The notes under the pieces were generated by a model. That model did not search any database, was not told the DNA's origin, and saw only the letters and a program-made list of their open reading frames with translations. A stretch of 64,000 nt of DNA, from the NCBI RefSeq assembly GCF_006345805.1, contig NC_042998.1:42842001-42906000 (forward strand). The letters run 5' to 3'. How positions within the stretch are numbered: the stretch's first letter is position 1; every line of letters starts with the position of its first letter. Shown piece by piece: positions 25,900 through 39,232 of this stretch. The DNA comes from Octopus sinensis (lineage: Eukaryota). Both the position numbers and the translations under genes were made by a program.

Positions 25900-26340
25900 A
25901 ATATATAAACGTAATAACATTGTAAATTGATTTAGCAATAACATTGTGCTACATAGGAAGGTAGTACTGTGACGACATTTTAGGACAGCTGCTAATAAAA
26001 TGTGTAATATCTTCCACAGAAACATGACATAACCTACACATGCAGTTGCACCTTGGGATTACAAGAGCATCACCGTCTTTCTTGTTCACCTGGTACTCTA
26101 TGGCAATCTCCCATTCCTGGATTGCAAACGCATAGCCCTCAAAGTGTGATGTGATGTAGTGGTCTTGTGTCCAAGAGATGCTGCACTTCATGTCAATTTT
26201 ACTATCTTCTCCAAGCTTCTGGGCAACATACCCATGCATAGTCTTTTTTTTTTTTGTCTGCTGAGTGCTTTCCACCCAGGCCTTCTCTGAGGTAGGAGAG
26301 CCCAGCTGTTTTGGAGCTGTATAAGAGATCATCAAGAGTG
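25900..26340 (-). mobile_element. R4/Dong-like non-LTR remnant with CCHC zinc knuckle
   Basis: ORF 25949-26335: MHGY...SHFEGYAFAIQEWEI...CRLCHVSVEDITHFISSCPKMSSQYYLPM*HNVIAK. Confidence 0.85.
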
Positions 26341-26959
26341 CTTCTTAAGGAGCTCACTGCCAACTTGTACAATGTTGCTCACTTCACTTTTCAGCACTGC
26401 ATATTTTATTTATTTTTGCTGCTGTTGTTTAGCAGGTGCTGCCTGAGTGATACCATTTATTTGTTTGTATGTATGTATGTATGTATGTATCTGTGTGTGT
26501 GTATGTCTGTATGCATGCATGCACGCTCGCGCACACATACACACACACATAAACATATATGCGTGTGTGTGTATGTATGTACATATGCATGTATGTGTAT
26601 CTGTGTATGCATGTGGGTAGGTGGTGGGTGTGTGCACATGCATGTATGCATGCATGTTTATATGTATATTAGTATCTGTTCATATGTATATTAGTGCTGA
26701 ATCAGAAAAATGTGGTACAAATTCTCAACAACTTACAAATGAAGCAGAGAATTTTGTGAAATCATATTGTATAATGGTAGAGATCTTTACAATAAAACTT
26801 CAAAACATTAACGTCTTTTTTGGAACTAAACCTTAACCTCATTAACTCTAAGTTTCCTTCTCTATAAATGTGGTGGACTTCTCTTGGTTTATCACCACCA
26901 CCACCTAGCCGTTGAGTGCCTTTAGCAATGTTCGCTTTGTTGTATGCCTTCATACCAAG

Positions 26960-27357
26960 TTGATGTATTGTTTTCTGCTGCAGTACACTGAGCACCTTTT
27001 CAAACTCCACCTGTCTAACACCCGTGGACATGTTTACAAAGTCAGAAAACAGCACAGCTCCCATGACTTTCGGAAATATTTTTTCATGCTAAGAGTTGCT
27101 GAAGTATGGAACAAACTGCCAGCATCAGTTGTTATTTATCGGAGCACTGCATCCTTCAAAACTTCCATGCTTTCTGAGATTTGCCAACACTACATCTGAT
27201 TTTCTCCCCTCCATACACATGCAAGCATGTATCTGACTCATACACTGTTCACTTTCCAGACATTTGTACATTACTGCATATGCTTTATACGCACTTTTGA
27301 TAAGTTATGGTGCACCTGAGCACTGTATACAATAATTTCATTATTATCATTATTATT
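26960..27357 (+). mobile_element. CR1-clade LINE 3' end
   Basis: LSNTRGHVYKVRKQHSSHDFRKYFFMLRVAEVWNKLPASVV, 3' UTR and (ATT)n tail. Confidence 0.85.
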
Positions 27358-28114
27358 TTATTTCTTCCTCTCCTCCTCCCTAACAAGTGTTGAAAGCCTT
27401 GTGAAAAGTCATAGGAGCTACTCTTCCTCCACCACTAAATTATAGAAAAAGAAAATGCTAAATTTATTGATAGTCATTCAAATTAAAATCAAGCATTAAT
27501 TGTTATTGAAAATGAATTACTTCCCTTGTCAACTGTAGCTGCAGCAGTTCTTAATATTTCAATAGATGTTACGTCTTTGTGTTGTAAAATACCTGTTTAA
27601 AATTCAGGTTTGCTTTTTCTTGAAAGAAGTGTTTCCTGCCTAGCTACAGGGTCATAACTGTTTGATATGTCAATGAGTACTCATTGTTTTATTGTGAAAT
27701 AACCAGTAGGAAAAGGTTAGAAAAATATTCAAGTTGATATACTGTGCAGAATTTTAACATTTTTAAACATGCAAAGATACAACAAAATAAAATCCTGCTC
27801 ATTCAATATGATTTTGATTTTGTACCGTTTTCCTGTCATACAGGAAATTGATAATATCATAAGTATTTGAAAGACATTTTTTAAACTGGCTTCAGTCATT
27901 GGAATCTAGCCATGCTGGAGCACCACCCTTAAAGGTTTTCGTCAATTATATCAACTGCTATACTTCTAATAGTCTGGTACTTATTTTATAGTTTTTTTTA
28001 TTTATCTAAAGACTAAACTGTTATTCATTTGCTGGTTTTTTTTTGCATATTAGGCTGCATTACTGGTTTGCACAATTAACATAAATGTAGATCCTTATGC
28101 TCAGATGCATGCAT

Positions 28115-28162
<48 letters not shown>

Positions 28163-29074
28163 GTATACATCAGGCTTCTGGCACAGTTTCCATCTACCAA
28201 ATTCCACTCATAAATTAGGTATTATTCAAAATAAAGTTAGGATTGAAATTGGTTGCTGATGGGATTGGTTGCTCACTGGGATTGAACCTAGAACAATGCG
28301 GCTGTGAAGCAAATTTCTTAACTGTATGGCCACACACACACTCCTCTCAAATGAAAACTTTATTGCCATAAACCATCAATTGTGACAGGAATTAAAGTAA
28401 CCATCAAACACTTCAAATGATCTGAAACTGAAATAATTGAATCAAAACAGTTACTACACACATATTGATGTTCACTTCTCAATTACTGTAATTAACTAAC
28501 TACAACAGATCTCAATTCTTAAATGTTCATCATTACTCCTTTCTTAATTTCATCCAGCTTTCCACCAGCATCTCTTACAGAGAGCCACTTTATGAATGTA
28601 TGTAATTATTATGTAAATAGAACAGCCAAAAGAATTATACACTTGAGAAGCTACAAGCCAGAATAATCATTGTATTAACATTATTTATCATCACTATCAA
28701 TGTCAATGACATTATCATTAATTTTACATAGAATATCATGTATCATCTGCAAATATATCCTTTAAATATGTTATTACTTTATTTTATAAATGCTGGTGTT
28801 ATGTAGTAGGGTGAGTTATACATTTCAGTTGCTAGTGTTTGTAATGTGAATCACCTAACTAATTCATTGTGTTTCAAGTGTTTGACTTACGTGCTACATA
28901 TACTGAAGTTATCTATTAATGAGTGCCTTTATTATAAATATTTATCATACTTGTGTCTGTTTTATGTGTATGAATAATGCATCACATGACGTATGAAAAC
29001 CCTTACAATGACCATATCTTTTGTTCTCCTTGCTATTTTTTTTTTCTAATTTCATCAAGTTTATAAATTTATTA

Positions 29075-29471
29075 GGTGCAGGAGTGGCTGTGTAGTAAGT
29101 AGCTTGTTTACCAACAACATGGTTCAGTCCCACTGCGTGGCACCTTGGGCAAGTGTCTTCTACTATAGCCTCGGGCTGACCAAAGCCTTGTGAATGGATT
29201 TGGTAGACGGAAACTGAAAGAAGCCTGTCGTATATATGTATATATATATATATGCATGTGTGTGTTTGTGTGTCTGTGTTTGTCCCCCTAGCATTGCTTG
29301 ACAACCGATGCTGGTGTGTTTATGTCCCCGTTACTTAGCAGTTCGTCAAAAGAGACTGATAGAATAAGTACTGGGCTTACAAAGAATAAGTCCCGGGGTT
29401 GAGTTGCTTGATTAAAGGCAGTGCTCCAGCATGGCCACAGTCAAATGACTGAAACAAATAAAGGAAAAAGA
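29075..29471 (+). mobile_element. SINE family A, full length
   Basis: Complete head, core, TA/TG tract and tail. Confidence 0.9.
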
Positions 29472-31089
29472 GTATATTTTAAGTTAAAAAGTGTGCCTCC
29501 TCCTCATATAGCTACAGACTATCTGAAATAAAGCCCAAATATGCTTTTGCATATAGACAGCATAATTCCTTTAATATATGGCATTCTTAACCACATTTAA
29601 AAGAAACTTATCGCTAAGATAAATCAACTCCTCTGAACTAAAACTTGTCAGTTCTCACGTATTATATCATATTTGCTCTTCACTTCTCTTACAATTACTG
29701 AATCTGGCCTCAAGAACTGGCTTCTTGCTACTTATACCATTTCTTGGCATCAAATATTCTGCAGTATGCCACCTTATGGAATTCCCTTCTGATCTCTGTG
29801 TTCCTGTAATATTCTAACTCCAAACTCTGCGTTCTCTTTAGATATAAGAGTATCAAAAGGATTAGAAAATTAGTCTTCAGAGAAGTTAATATGTAGCTTT
29901 TCTAAGAAACTGTTACACTGGCAATAACTCAAAATTGTTCCCTAGTAATTTTGCACATTCTTTTGGCTATTGTCCACAAAATGTAAATGTTATTTGAAAG
30001 TAATTTCTGCCTTTGACATTTTGTCTGCAAAACAATAACGTATTTCGTACAATACAGTTATAACAAATCTAAATAAAGAGTTTATTTTGATACAACAATT
30101 GTTTCTTCATTGTTGGTGTCACCACAAATGTTTCTATAACATTAAGCCCTGCTCTAAGTTTATGCTTACGCAATCCATTTAGAAATAATTCTACATTTAT
30201 ATACTATATCTTATTCACAAAGAAATACACATCCAAAAAGTGTGGTCATTCATAAAAACATTTCATAGAATAGTTTTGTGGTTTGCCAACATATTTGTAA
30301 TAACTTTCCTTGTCTAAAAGTTTATGCATGCCAAATTCTTTTGAGTAAAGTGTTTAATGAATGCTTTTTTCTTTGTTTTTCTTATTTTATGTATTAATTT
30401 TCATAATAGCTGCAGGCATGGTTGTGTTGTTAAAAACCATTTGATTACAGGTTCAGTGCTATCATGTGGCACCTTGGGCAATGGGCAAGTGTCTTGTATA
30501 ACCCTTGACCAACCAAAGCCTATATATGTATATATCTATGTATGTGTGTGTGTGCATGTGTGTGTGTGTTTATATGTGCATATTTGTTTGTGTCTCTTTG
30601 TGTTGGTTGTAAACAAGCATCACCATGAAAACATGTCCAGCAATGGGAAAATATTATCTTCATCGGAAGAAGGTAATGGTTGAGCTCAGCATGGGCATGT
30701 GACTGTAGAAAATCTACCACAACAAATTTCATTTGATTCATGCAAGCCTGGTAAAGTGAACGGTAAAACAACGATGATGACGATGACAACGATGAGATAT
30801 TTTATAATTTTTTCAAAGATTTTATTTGCTGAGATTGAGAAAATTTTATCAATATTCTTTTCAGTTTATTTGCTGCACAACAATGTTTTTTATACGTTAT
30901 ATACACTCTGTATAATGTACACTCTCATGTGGAATGCACCTCATTCGACACTAGATCAAGTTTTATGAAATGTCATTTCCTTTACAAAGAACTTCCTGTC
31001 TCTAACTCAGTGTCTAATGTTCTCTTTTATTACTGTCAAATTCTTCAAGAACATGATTTCATATCTACTCAATTTTTCTAAAATGATTT

Positions 31090-31400
31090 TTTATCTGAAG
31101 GAGAACGAGGTGTAACCATACCCATTCCAGGTCCTACCAGGTTGATGTGCTTCAAGTAGTTGACATTTAGCTTGAACTTCTATAAATTTATGTCTATATT
31201 GAAAACGTACTGGGACAGCTGGATTTTCTGAGCTTTGTAATTCTGGGAAGAAAGTATTCAGTATAGGATTTGTTAGATGAGACAGTAGATGCATCAAGTA
31301 GGTTTCAGCAGGAGTGAAAATTAGTTTCTAGTTTAGAGAAGCATGAAATGTTCAGGAAGTTTTAGAAGAGAGAGAGATAGAATTCAGAGCATATTGTGAG
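31090..31400 (-). mobile_element. CR1/L2-clade LINE 3' remnant
   Basis: FFPELQSS..PVRFQYRHKFIEVQAKC...PGRTWN, reminiscent of the post-RT C-terminus. Confidence 0.35.
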
Positions 31401-32263
31401 ATTAGTGAATGAGCTTTTTCTTTTTACATAATCTAACATGTTTTTATGTGCAGCAACTGTGGTTGATGGCAGAATTGTGAAAGTGTAGGACAAATTGCCT
31501 TATAATATTTGTTCTGGTTAAGGTGGCAAGCTGGCAGAAATTTTAGTACACCAGGCAAAATGCTTAGCGGTATTTCATTTGTCTTTATGTTCTGAGTTCA
31601 AATTCTGCCGAGGTCAACTTTGCCTTTCATCTTTTCGAGGTCGATAATATAAGTACCAGTTACATACTGGGGTCGATCTAATCAACTGCCCCCTTCCCCA
31701 AAACTTTTGGGCCTTGTACCTAGAGTAGAAAAGAGTATTTATTCTGGTTCTTCATGTTTTGCATTCAAATCCCACCAAGGTTGATTCTGCCTGTCTTCTA
31801 TCTGGGGATTAACAGGAAAAGTACCATTCAAGTACTGGGGTCAATTTAATCAATAACAAATCAGGAGCTAGAGTCCCTGAGGCAGTCTAACATTGTCTTC
31901 AAGTATGTTCTGGGAATTCTGCAACAATTGGCCAAGCTATATTGGTTATTTCCCTTCCTTTGATCAACATCTGTTATATGCAGATAGGAGTCCCATTGCA
32001 TGGGTGACTACAGGTCTTCCATACAATTTTGCCCAAATCTGCACTCTGGAAAGGACACTCCAGTGACATTTTGCCACTTTCTATTGAGACACACTGCAAC
32101 AAGACTTTCCAGGTACAGATCCTTCATCTCACAAGACATATAGCTATTAAAGATAGCAGTAGTACTGTATCATATCTATAAGCAGCACACCAGAGTGGAC
32201 TGCACTTGTAACTTGTAGAGGAACAGCAACAATATAGAAATGAAATACGCTTAGGCTTAGAAG

Positions 32264-32431
32264 CACTAGCATAGCTAGGGTGGGGTGGTTCACCCCAGGC
32301 TGCACTTTTAAAGGGGCAGCACTTTTCATCCTGTCGTAGGCTATTGCTGTAGGCAATATGTGTTTTTTGCGGAGTCTGAGGGCAGCAAACGGAAGGGCCA
32401 CCCCGGGCAGCACACACTAGCTACACTAGTG
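32264..32431. mobile_element. hAT-type MITE (168 bp)
   Basis: TIRs CACTAGCATAGCTAG / CACTAGTGTAGCTAG (reverse complement); perfect 8-bp TSD CTTAGAAG at 32256-32263 and 32432-32439. Confidence 0.92.
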
Positions 32432-32779
32432 CTTAGAAGTCTTGTCTTTGGGGTGCTGGCTAAACTGCAATGTAACCATCATGTGGCCTAGAATTTACTA
32501 GAATTTGAGGAATGTTGCTGTGCATTGTTTAAGAATAAGGGAGTAGGCTGTTGCCAGTGCAACAATCTACATTCTGTCACCGCTCTATTTGAGAAGTGAT
32601 TGTGTATTGATATTAACTGAGATTAAGTTGTCAAGGCACACTGGCAGATGTTTTCAATGTCTCTATTCATTCAGATAGTAATCTACCTGACAGGAGGAGT
32701 ATAGGTTGCATATATTAATTAAAGTTTGGAAAGTGATATTAACAATGTAAGTTACAATGAGCAATTATTTGATGAACAG

Positions 32780-33110
32780 AAGAAAAAGTGTGAGAGTTAT
32801 ATATGAAACATGATGAGGTGCTCCAGACTTGATATAATGTATGCCAGAGAGGAATGGAGTGGCTTAATAAGAATAGGATACTTCCAATATAAAAAAGGAG
32901 AGAGAAGGGGGAAATTCATAGATAGGTAACTTTCTAGGGATGTTTCATGACAGACATGTTTGAAAGCTTTGATGATGTGGAACACAACAAAATTTCTTTC
33001 GACTGAGATAAGTGAAGTAAAGAAAAAAAAAGAAATGGTAGAGATCCTTTAGGCAGATGATCACGAATTTACTGCAGTTCAAGAGACAAGAGAGCTTATA
33101 AAAATAGCAT
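32780..33110 (+). mobile_element. RTE-clade LINE remnant (RT N-terminal part)
   Basis: Decayed PIYKKG...YRGI.LMS...K.W-type segment. Confidence 0.5.
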
Positions 33111-33791
33111 GTTGTCAAATGATACTTTATTGTGCAGCTTTGCCTTTCATCCTTTGAAAGTCGGTAAATAAAGCACCAATCTAATATGGGGGTTGATACT
33201 TCTTTTTTTCAAGAAGAAATTGATTGAGGTCAGACCTGGGGAGGACACACTTTATGCCATAACAATGCTTTTATGACTATCAGAATTTGGGAACTCAAAG
33301 AGTGGAAGAAAGTATGTCAACTCACTCAAATCTAATTCAAGTGTTAAAGGACAGAATCAATAGGAAATGAGTGCCATCATTTTTTCAATGAAATAAAAGG
33401 ATAAAAAATTTTTATATCTTATATTTAGTTGATTTTTATGAAAAATATATTAATCTTTTTGATACCAATCCATTTGAGATTGCCCTAGTTCTATAGTACA
33501 AACTTCAATGTTTTAAAGTGATCTAAATTAAAACCTCCCATTAAAAATTTCATGTTAATTAATGTAGTTATTAAATGCTATTGTAATAACTACTAAGTTA
33601 TTTTACTAAATTTTTCATTGTTTTCAAAATTAATTGAAGCAAAGTTAATGTTCTTCAACAAAAATATGGTAACAAAAAGAGTTAAATTGATTTATATTAT
33701 AATTTAATTTGTCAAGTAGTGGAATAAGTTGCATGTTCATAATATTTTCAAAATGTTTATATTTACAAACTCACACGAATAACATATATAC

Positions 33792-33874
33792 CTGAAAAAG
33801 CCTAGAGTCGGTTTGTTAAATGAGTGTGCATATATGAATAGACTGAGATGTAAATAGTCCAAATTCTTTTCACT
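33792..33874 (-). CDS. Candidate internal exon (SEKNLDYLHLSLFIYAHSFNKPTLGFFx), phase 0 to 2
   Basis: gtgtttattgttgcag acceptor, CAG|gtatat donor, 83 nt, only one frame open; product not recognised. Confidence 0.45.
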
Positions 33875-35954
33875 CTGCAACAATAAACACATCTTAAAAT
33901 ATCTAGAAACATAATGGACCAATTTCCCTCATTTAAAATGCTAGAACAAAAGTCATAATGTCTATTTGTCTATTTACTCATCATTTAAACTTGTATAGAT
34001 GAAAGGTAACAAAAGAATCATAGCAACAATCCTCTATAACAACATTCGGATGACCATTTCTGACATTTTACTCAAATGACACTTCTGTTACAGTTTAGTA
34101 ACCTACTTAAGATAACATTCTTACTTGATTTTACCAAATGTGAACGGAGATCATATTTTGAAGTTCACTGTTGTTATGCTTTCTATCAACATCTTTATCT
34201 TGTTATTTCAGAAGCTTTTATTTGTGGTACTATTAAAATATTTTGGTTATTGTGATTATCACTAGTTTAAATGTCAAAAAGGAGAGGAATTACGTGAACA
34301 AACAGATATCAAATTCACCCAAGTAAAAGGACAAATATCTTGTTTTCTTATTTATATTTCCATCAAAATTAATTTACCTTAAAAGTATTCAGTTCACAGT
34401 TATACTTACAAACTCTGGAACACTAAAAATTTAGAAAGTATGATGTGCAACAAAATATAAGGATTGAATAATAACTTGAGTTATGTGTGAGTTTTCAAAC
34501 TTCAGTTCAAATCCTACCTAAGTCCTTTTTCTTTTTTTTTTGTATCAAAGCTTTTCTCTTAAACAGTTGATATTTATAATAATTCATGGGGTATTTGCAG
34601 AATTGTGAAAATCTTAACAAAAATGTATTTATCCATTTTTTATACATTCCGGCAGATTCAGATGTGACTGTCTGATCACTTGTTTTTGTCATCAGAGAGC
34701 ACCTCCTACTTTTAAACTATGTGTGTTATGGACACGCATGGGTTATCATTGTAAGGGGACTTTAAGACACCATGGTATTTCAAACTTTGTCTGTTCACTC
34801 AAAGCTACCCTACCAGAAAGATGAATCAAACAAGAGCATGAGCTCCTTTTTATAGAAATGCAAGTGCATGCTGATGTCTGCTAAATAGATATTAATTCAT
34901 GGTATGCACTCAGAACAGCAAGAATCCAAATAGTAATTAATATTTGATAATCATGTGGCGGTGAGCTGGCAGAATCGTTAGCATGCCAGGCAAAATGCTT
35001 AGTGACAGTTTGCATGTCTTTACATTCTAAGCTGAAATTCCACTGAGGTTGACTCTGCTTTACATCCTTCTGGGATTGATAAAACAAGTACCATTTGAAT
35101 TCTAGAATTGATATAATTAATTTATCCCCTCCCTCGAAATTGCTGGCCTTGTACTAAAATTTGAAAACAATATTTGATAATCATTTTTCATACCAGTATC
35201 CTTTCATTCAAACCATTAAATAGCTAAACATTTAAGTGATAAATTTCAGATTCGAAGCATGATGAATCTGAAAGGTTTCAATTAACTATAGTGATTCTCC
35301 AAACTTATTAGACTTAGTTATGTTCCCATGACTTATTACTTACACAATCAGGCTATGAATATTTCTCCATGAACTCTAAACCTTTGCTGACTTTGATCCC
35401 TGAACAGTTACTGAATTGTTTATTAGTCTAACACTGAACCATTGTTCTATTCTTACTAGTCCTGTTTTTCTTAAGTTGAACAATTTAATACCAACAGTAA
35501 GTACCTGATATCTACTACACACTGTGCTGCCCTATATTCAACATAGCTTACGTTACATAATTCTTTTTAGTATCTCTGTTTGTTTAACTATTTTCAGTTT
35601 AAACAAATAATTACTCGTCCAAATAGTAATTTTTTTTTTATTTCCATTACTCTCAATCTTATTTCACAAAGAGAAGAGAAAACATCTGCATAAGCTATTC
35701 CCTTTGCAAATTCATGAGACCATTTGTAGAATAATGAATGTTTATTAGTCAATTGTTGTTTTATACAACTACTGGCATACTCATGTATGCTTATAAAAGG
35801 GACTGTGTGGTAGAGAAGATTCATTCTCAACTATATAGTTTTAGGTTCAGTACCATTGCATGACACCTTGGGCAAGGGACTTCTGCTGTAGTCCAGGGAT
35901 GATCAAAATTTTACGAGTTCATTTAGTAAAGGGAAATTGAAAGAAGCCTATTGT

Positions 35955-36029
<75 letters not shown>

Positions 36030-36042
36030 ATATGGAAATCGA

Positions 36043-36400
36043 TCAATGGAAATTGCAGATGTGTTACCAGTGCTGGTGGCATGTAAGAGAACCTTCTGTT
36101 TCGCGACCGTTGCCAGCACCACCCCGTTTCGTGTCCATTGCCAGCCTTGCCTGGCCCTCGTGCCGGTGGCACATAAAAAGCACCATCCGTTCGTGGCCGT
36201 TTGCCAGCTCTGTCTGGCACCTGTGCGGGTGGCACGTAAAAAGCACCCACTACACTCACGGAGTGGTTGGCGTTAGGAAGGGCATCCAGCCGTAGAAACA
36301 CTGCCAGATTTGACTGGGCCTGATGAAGCCTTCTGGCTTCACAGACCCCAGTAGAACCGTCCAACCCATGCTAGCATGGAAAACGGACGCTAAACGACAA
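36043..36400 (+). mobile_element. SINE family B, low divergence, with internal tandem units
   Basis: CpG-retaining GTGCCGGTGGCACATAAAAAGCACC units and conserved 3' body; an inverted 3' copy follows at ~36420-36600. Confidence 0.9.
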
Positions 36401-36625
36401 TGATGATGATCATCATCATCGTCGTCATCCATTAACGTGCATTTTCCATGCTGGGTTGGAGGGTTTGACCAGAGTTGGCAAGCTGAAGAGCTGCACCAGG
36501 TTCCAGTCTGATTTGGCATAGTTTCTATGACTGGACGCCTTTCTTAATGCCAATGACTTTACAATGTATGCTTGGTACTTTTAACATAGCACCGGCAAGA
36601 TAGCTGGTACTAATGGGAGAAGGTG

Positions 36626-36868
36626 GAGGCGCTTGGCTTAGTGGTTACGGTGTCAGCATCATGATCGTAAGATTGTGGTTTCGACTCTTGGACTGTGCGA
36701 CGTGTTGTGTTCTTGAGCAAAACACTTCATTTCACATTGCTCCAGTCCACCCAGCTGGTAAAAATGAGTAACGCTGCAATGGACTGGCGTCCCGTCCAGC
36801 TGGGGAACACATACGCCATAGAAACTGGGAAACCAAGCCCATGAGCCTGGCTAGGCTTTAAAAGGGTG
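36626..36868 (+). mobile_element. tRNA-derived SINE with family D-like tail
   Basis: GGCTTAGTGGTTA...GGTTTCGACTC head, TGTTGTGTTCTTGAGCAA domain, GAAACTGGGAAACC tail. Confidence 0.8.
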
Positions 36869-38597
36869 CGTTTATTATTATTAATGGGAGAATGACATGC
36901 AATTCTGTCTGGTAAAGTGAACGATTGGAGACCCCAAGAGATATCTATATTTTTGCATATGTGTGTAAGTATGTTTGTGTCTCCTCATGTTGACATTGCA
37001 TGATTGTTGTAAATGATTGTAAATGAGTATCATTCATTTCTAATACTCCATGCAAAAATGTCTGACCATGAGAAAATATTGCCTTATTTGGAAATAGGTG
37101 AGGGTCGGCAGTGGATAGGGCATTTGACTGTAGGAAATCTGCTGCAAGAAATTCCATCTAACCCATGTAAGCATAGAAATGTGGACATTAAAACAATCAT
37201 TACACACACGCATGCACATGTGTGCACGCACACACACACACATACACATACACATTTACACCCATGCACTTTTTTACACAAAGCATTTCACAAAATTTTT
37301 AAATATGTCATAATTTTTTAGGAGAGCTTTTGTGTACTTGCTTGCCCTGATAGAAATAGAAACTAAATCTCAATCAAAATTCTGCCCCATTAGCTTAGAA
37401 TTGTGAACCGCAGATAATGTGGTCCTGCTTCCATGAATATACAAAAAAAAAAGTAAATAAAATGAGATGGTCATGATTGGAATGCCTTTGATCATAGGTC
37501 TGCTCAGTTAGAGCTGATCTGGGGTTAACAATGAGAACAACAACTTCTGTAAATTTAACACTAAAACAATGAGATTTATTTGCATTTATAAAATAAAAAT
37601 ACACATTTATTTTTCTGAATTTCCTTTGAAAATTGAGCAAATTACATAACATGTCATGACAACATTGTGTAATCAGTATTTCCTTCTAGTTGCTGGTTAA
37701 ATAACATATGTGTAACTTCAATCAGAGGCAAACATGTAAAAAAATAAAAATAAAACTAATAAAAATAAAAATATAAAAAGAGCGAAAAATCTCAATCTCA
37801 AGTAAGTATCAGGGAATATATGTGAATTTATTGTATTTGTATGTGTACTTATCTAAAAGAATGTTTGCGTGTATTCCTGTTTCTTACTCTGTAAATGTGT
37901 ATATATATATATATATGTATTTATGTTTATTTGTATAGAGGCATCCTGCCAACTTAGGATAGCGACATATAAGGCTACAACTGCCTGTGGAAGTTAGCAG
38001 GCATCAAGCTCTATTGGAATTAGGCATATACCTTATGGATTAAGCTTCCAATTATAAATTATCTTTTTATGCTATCTTTTTATAAATTAAAAAAAAAATT
38101 AATTAGTATTTAGGTAATCACATACAAATAACATTTCTCACAAAATTTGTGGATATTTCTGTAAGCTAGTGTCGCACTGTATTTATAGCAAAAGTAATGA
38201 CCGTCTTGGAAAGGAACTGCTAAAAATGTTTCTGTTTATAAACTTACTGTGATGTAAATATTGGGTAAATAACCCTGAATATTTGGCAACTTTTCTGACA
38301 GTCTGTGCCTTTCTAAACTACCTGTTTTTTTCCACAGGTAGTTTAGAACTGTTAATGGATAAAAAAAAGTAAAAAGAAATAAAAAAAAAATTACTATTCA
38401 ACTAATAGTGATACTGATGTATGATCATAAAATACATTAAACAAAAAAAAAAAAAAAAATTAACACAGTATATAATCAACTTTGGTATATTTGTATAAAA
38501 TGTATTTAAACTTGTTCAGAAAAGTCAACTAACTCGTTGCAAAACTGCAAATCAGCACTAGGAAGGTTACGATCTCTATATTACTATGCAGTGTTGC

Positions 38598-38629
<32 letters not shown>

Positions 38630-38899
38630 CCACCACTACTACCACCACCACCACTACGCCACCAACTCCACCACCAACTCCATCACTATCAACACCAGCA
38701 GCAGCAACACCACCACCACCACTACCATCATTATTACCATCATCAACATCAGATATCTTGTTCTTTTTGCTTTTTAACATCCGTTTTTCAGTGCTTGCTT
38801 GGGTTGAATAGGTTTGTAGTACAGCATATTGCTTTACCTTACATTACTGGCACTAAGTATACAATATAATGTGCCAATAATATAACTTTTAAATCCCAC

Positions 38900-39230
38900 C
38901 TAAACTTATGTTTGCATTGTTTAATGATTTCTGATAATAATGGTAAACTTCCATACAGTACACTGTTTGGCAAATGTTTCCCAAGAAATATTCTTTACCT
39001 TCTTGGTATATACACTACTTAGTTAATCTACTTTCTATTGCTTTCATAAGTGTCCAGCATTCAGATCCATATATCAACATACTTTCTAGAGCAACTCTAT
39101 AAATTTGTATTTTGAAGTCATCAAATGGATTTGACTTCCATATTGTGGACATCTTGTTCATTGTTGACCATGCCACTTCAATTTTCACTTCACTGTCTTT
39201 CTATAATCCAAGATATTTGAATTCATTTAG
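38900..39230 (-). mobile_element. RTE-clade LINE remnant
   Basis: RVALESMLIYGSECWTLMKAIE. Confidence 0.7.
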
Positions 39231-39232
39231 AG

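Noticed and set aside
35347-35405. Minus-strand segment ending in a gtaagt donor
   Set aside because: All three frames contain stops.
38529-38869. Poly-His/Ser/Val/Gly ORFs
   Set aside because: They come from (CAT)n/(CAC)n trinucleotide repeats; the same applies to 50055-50345.
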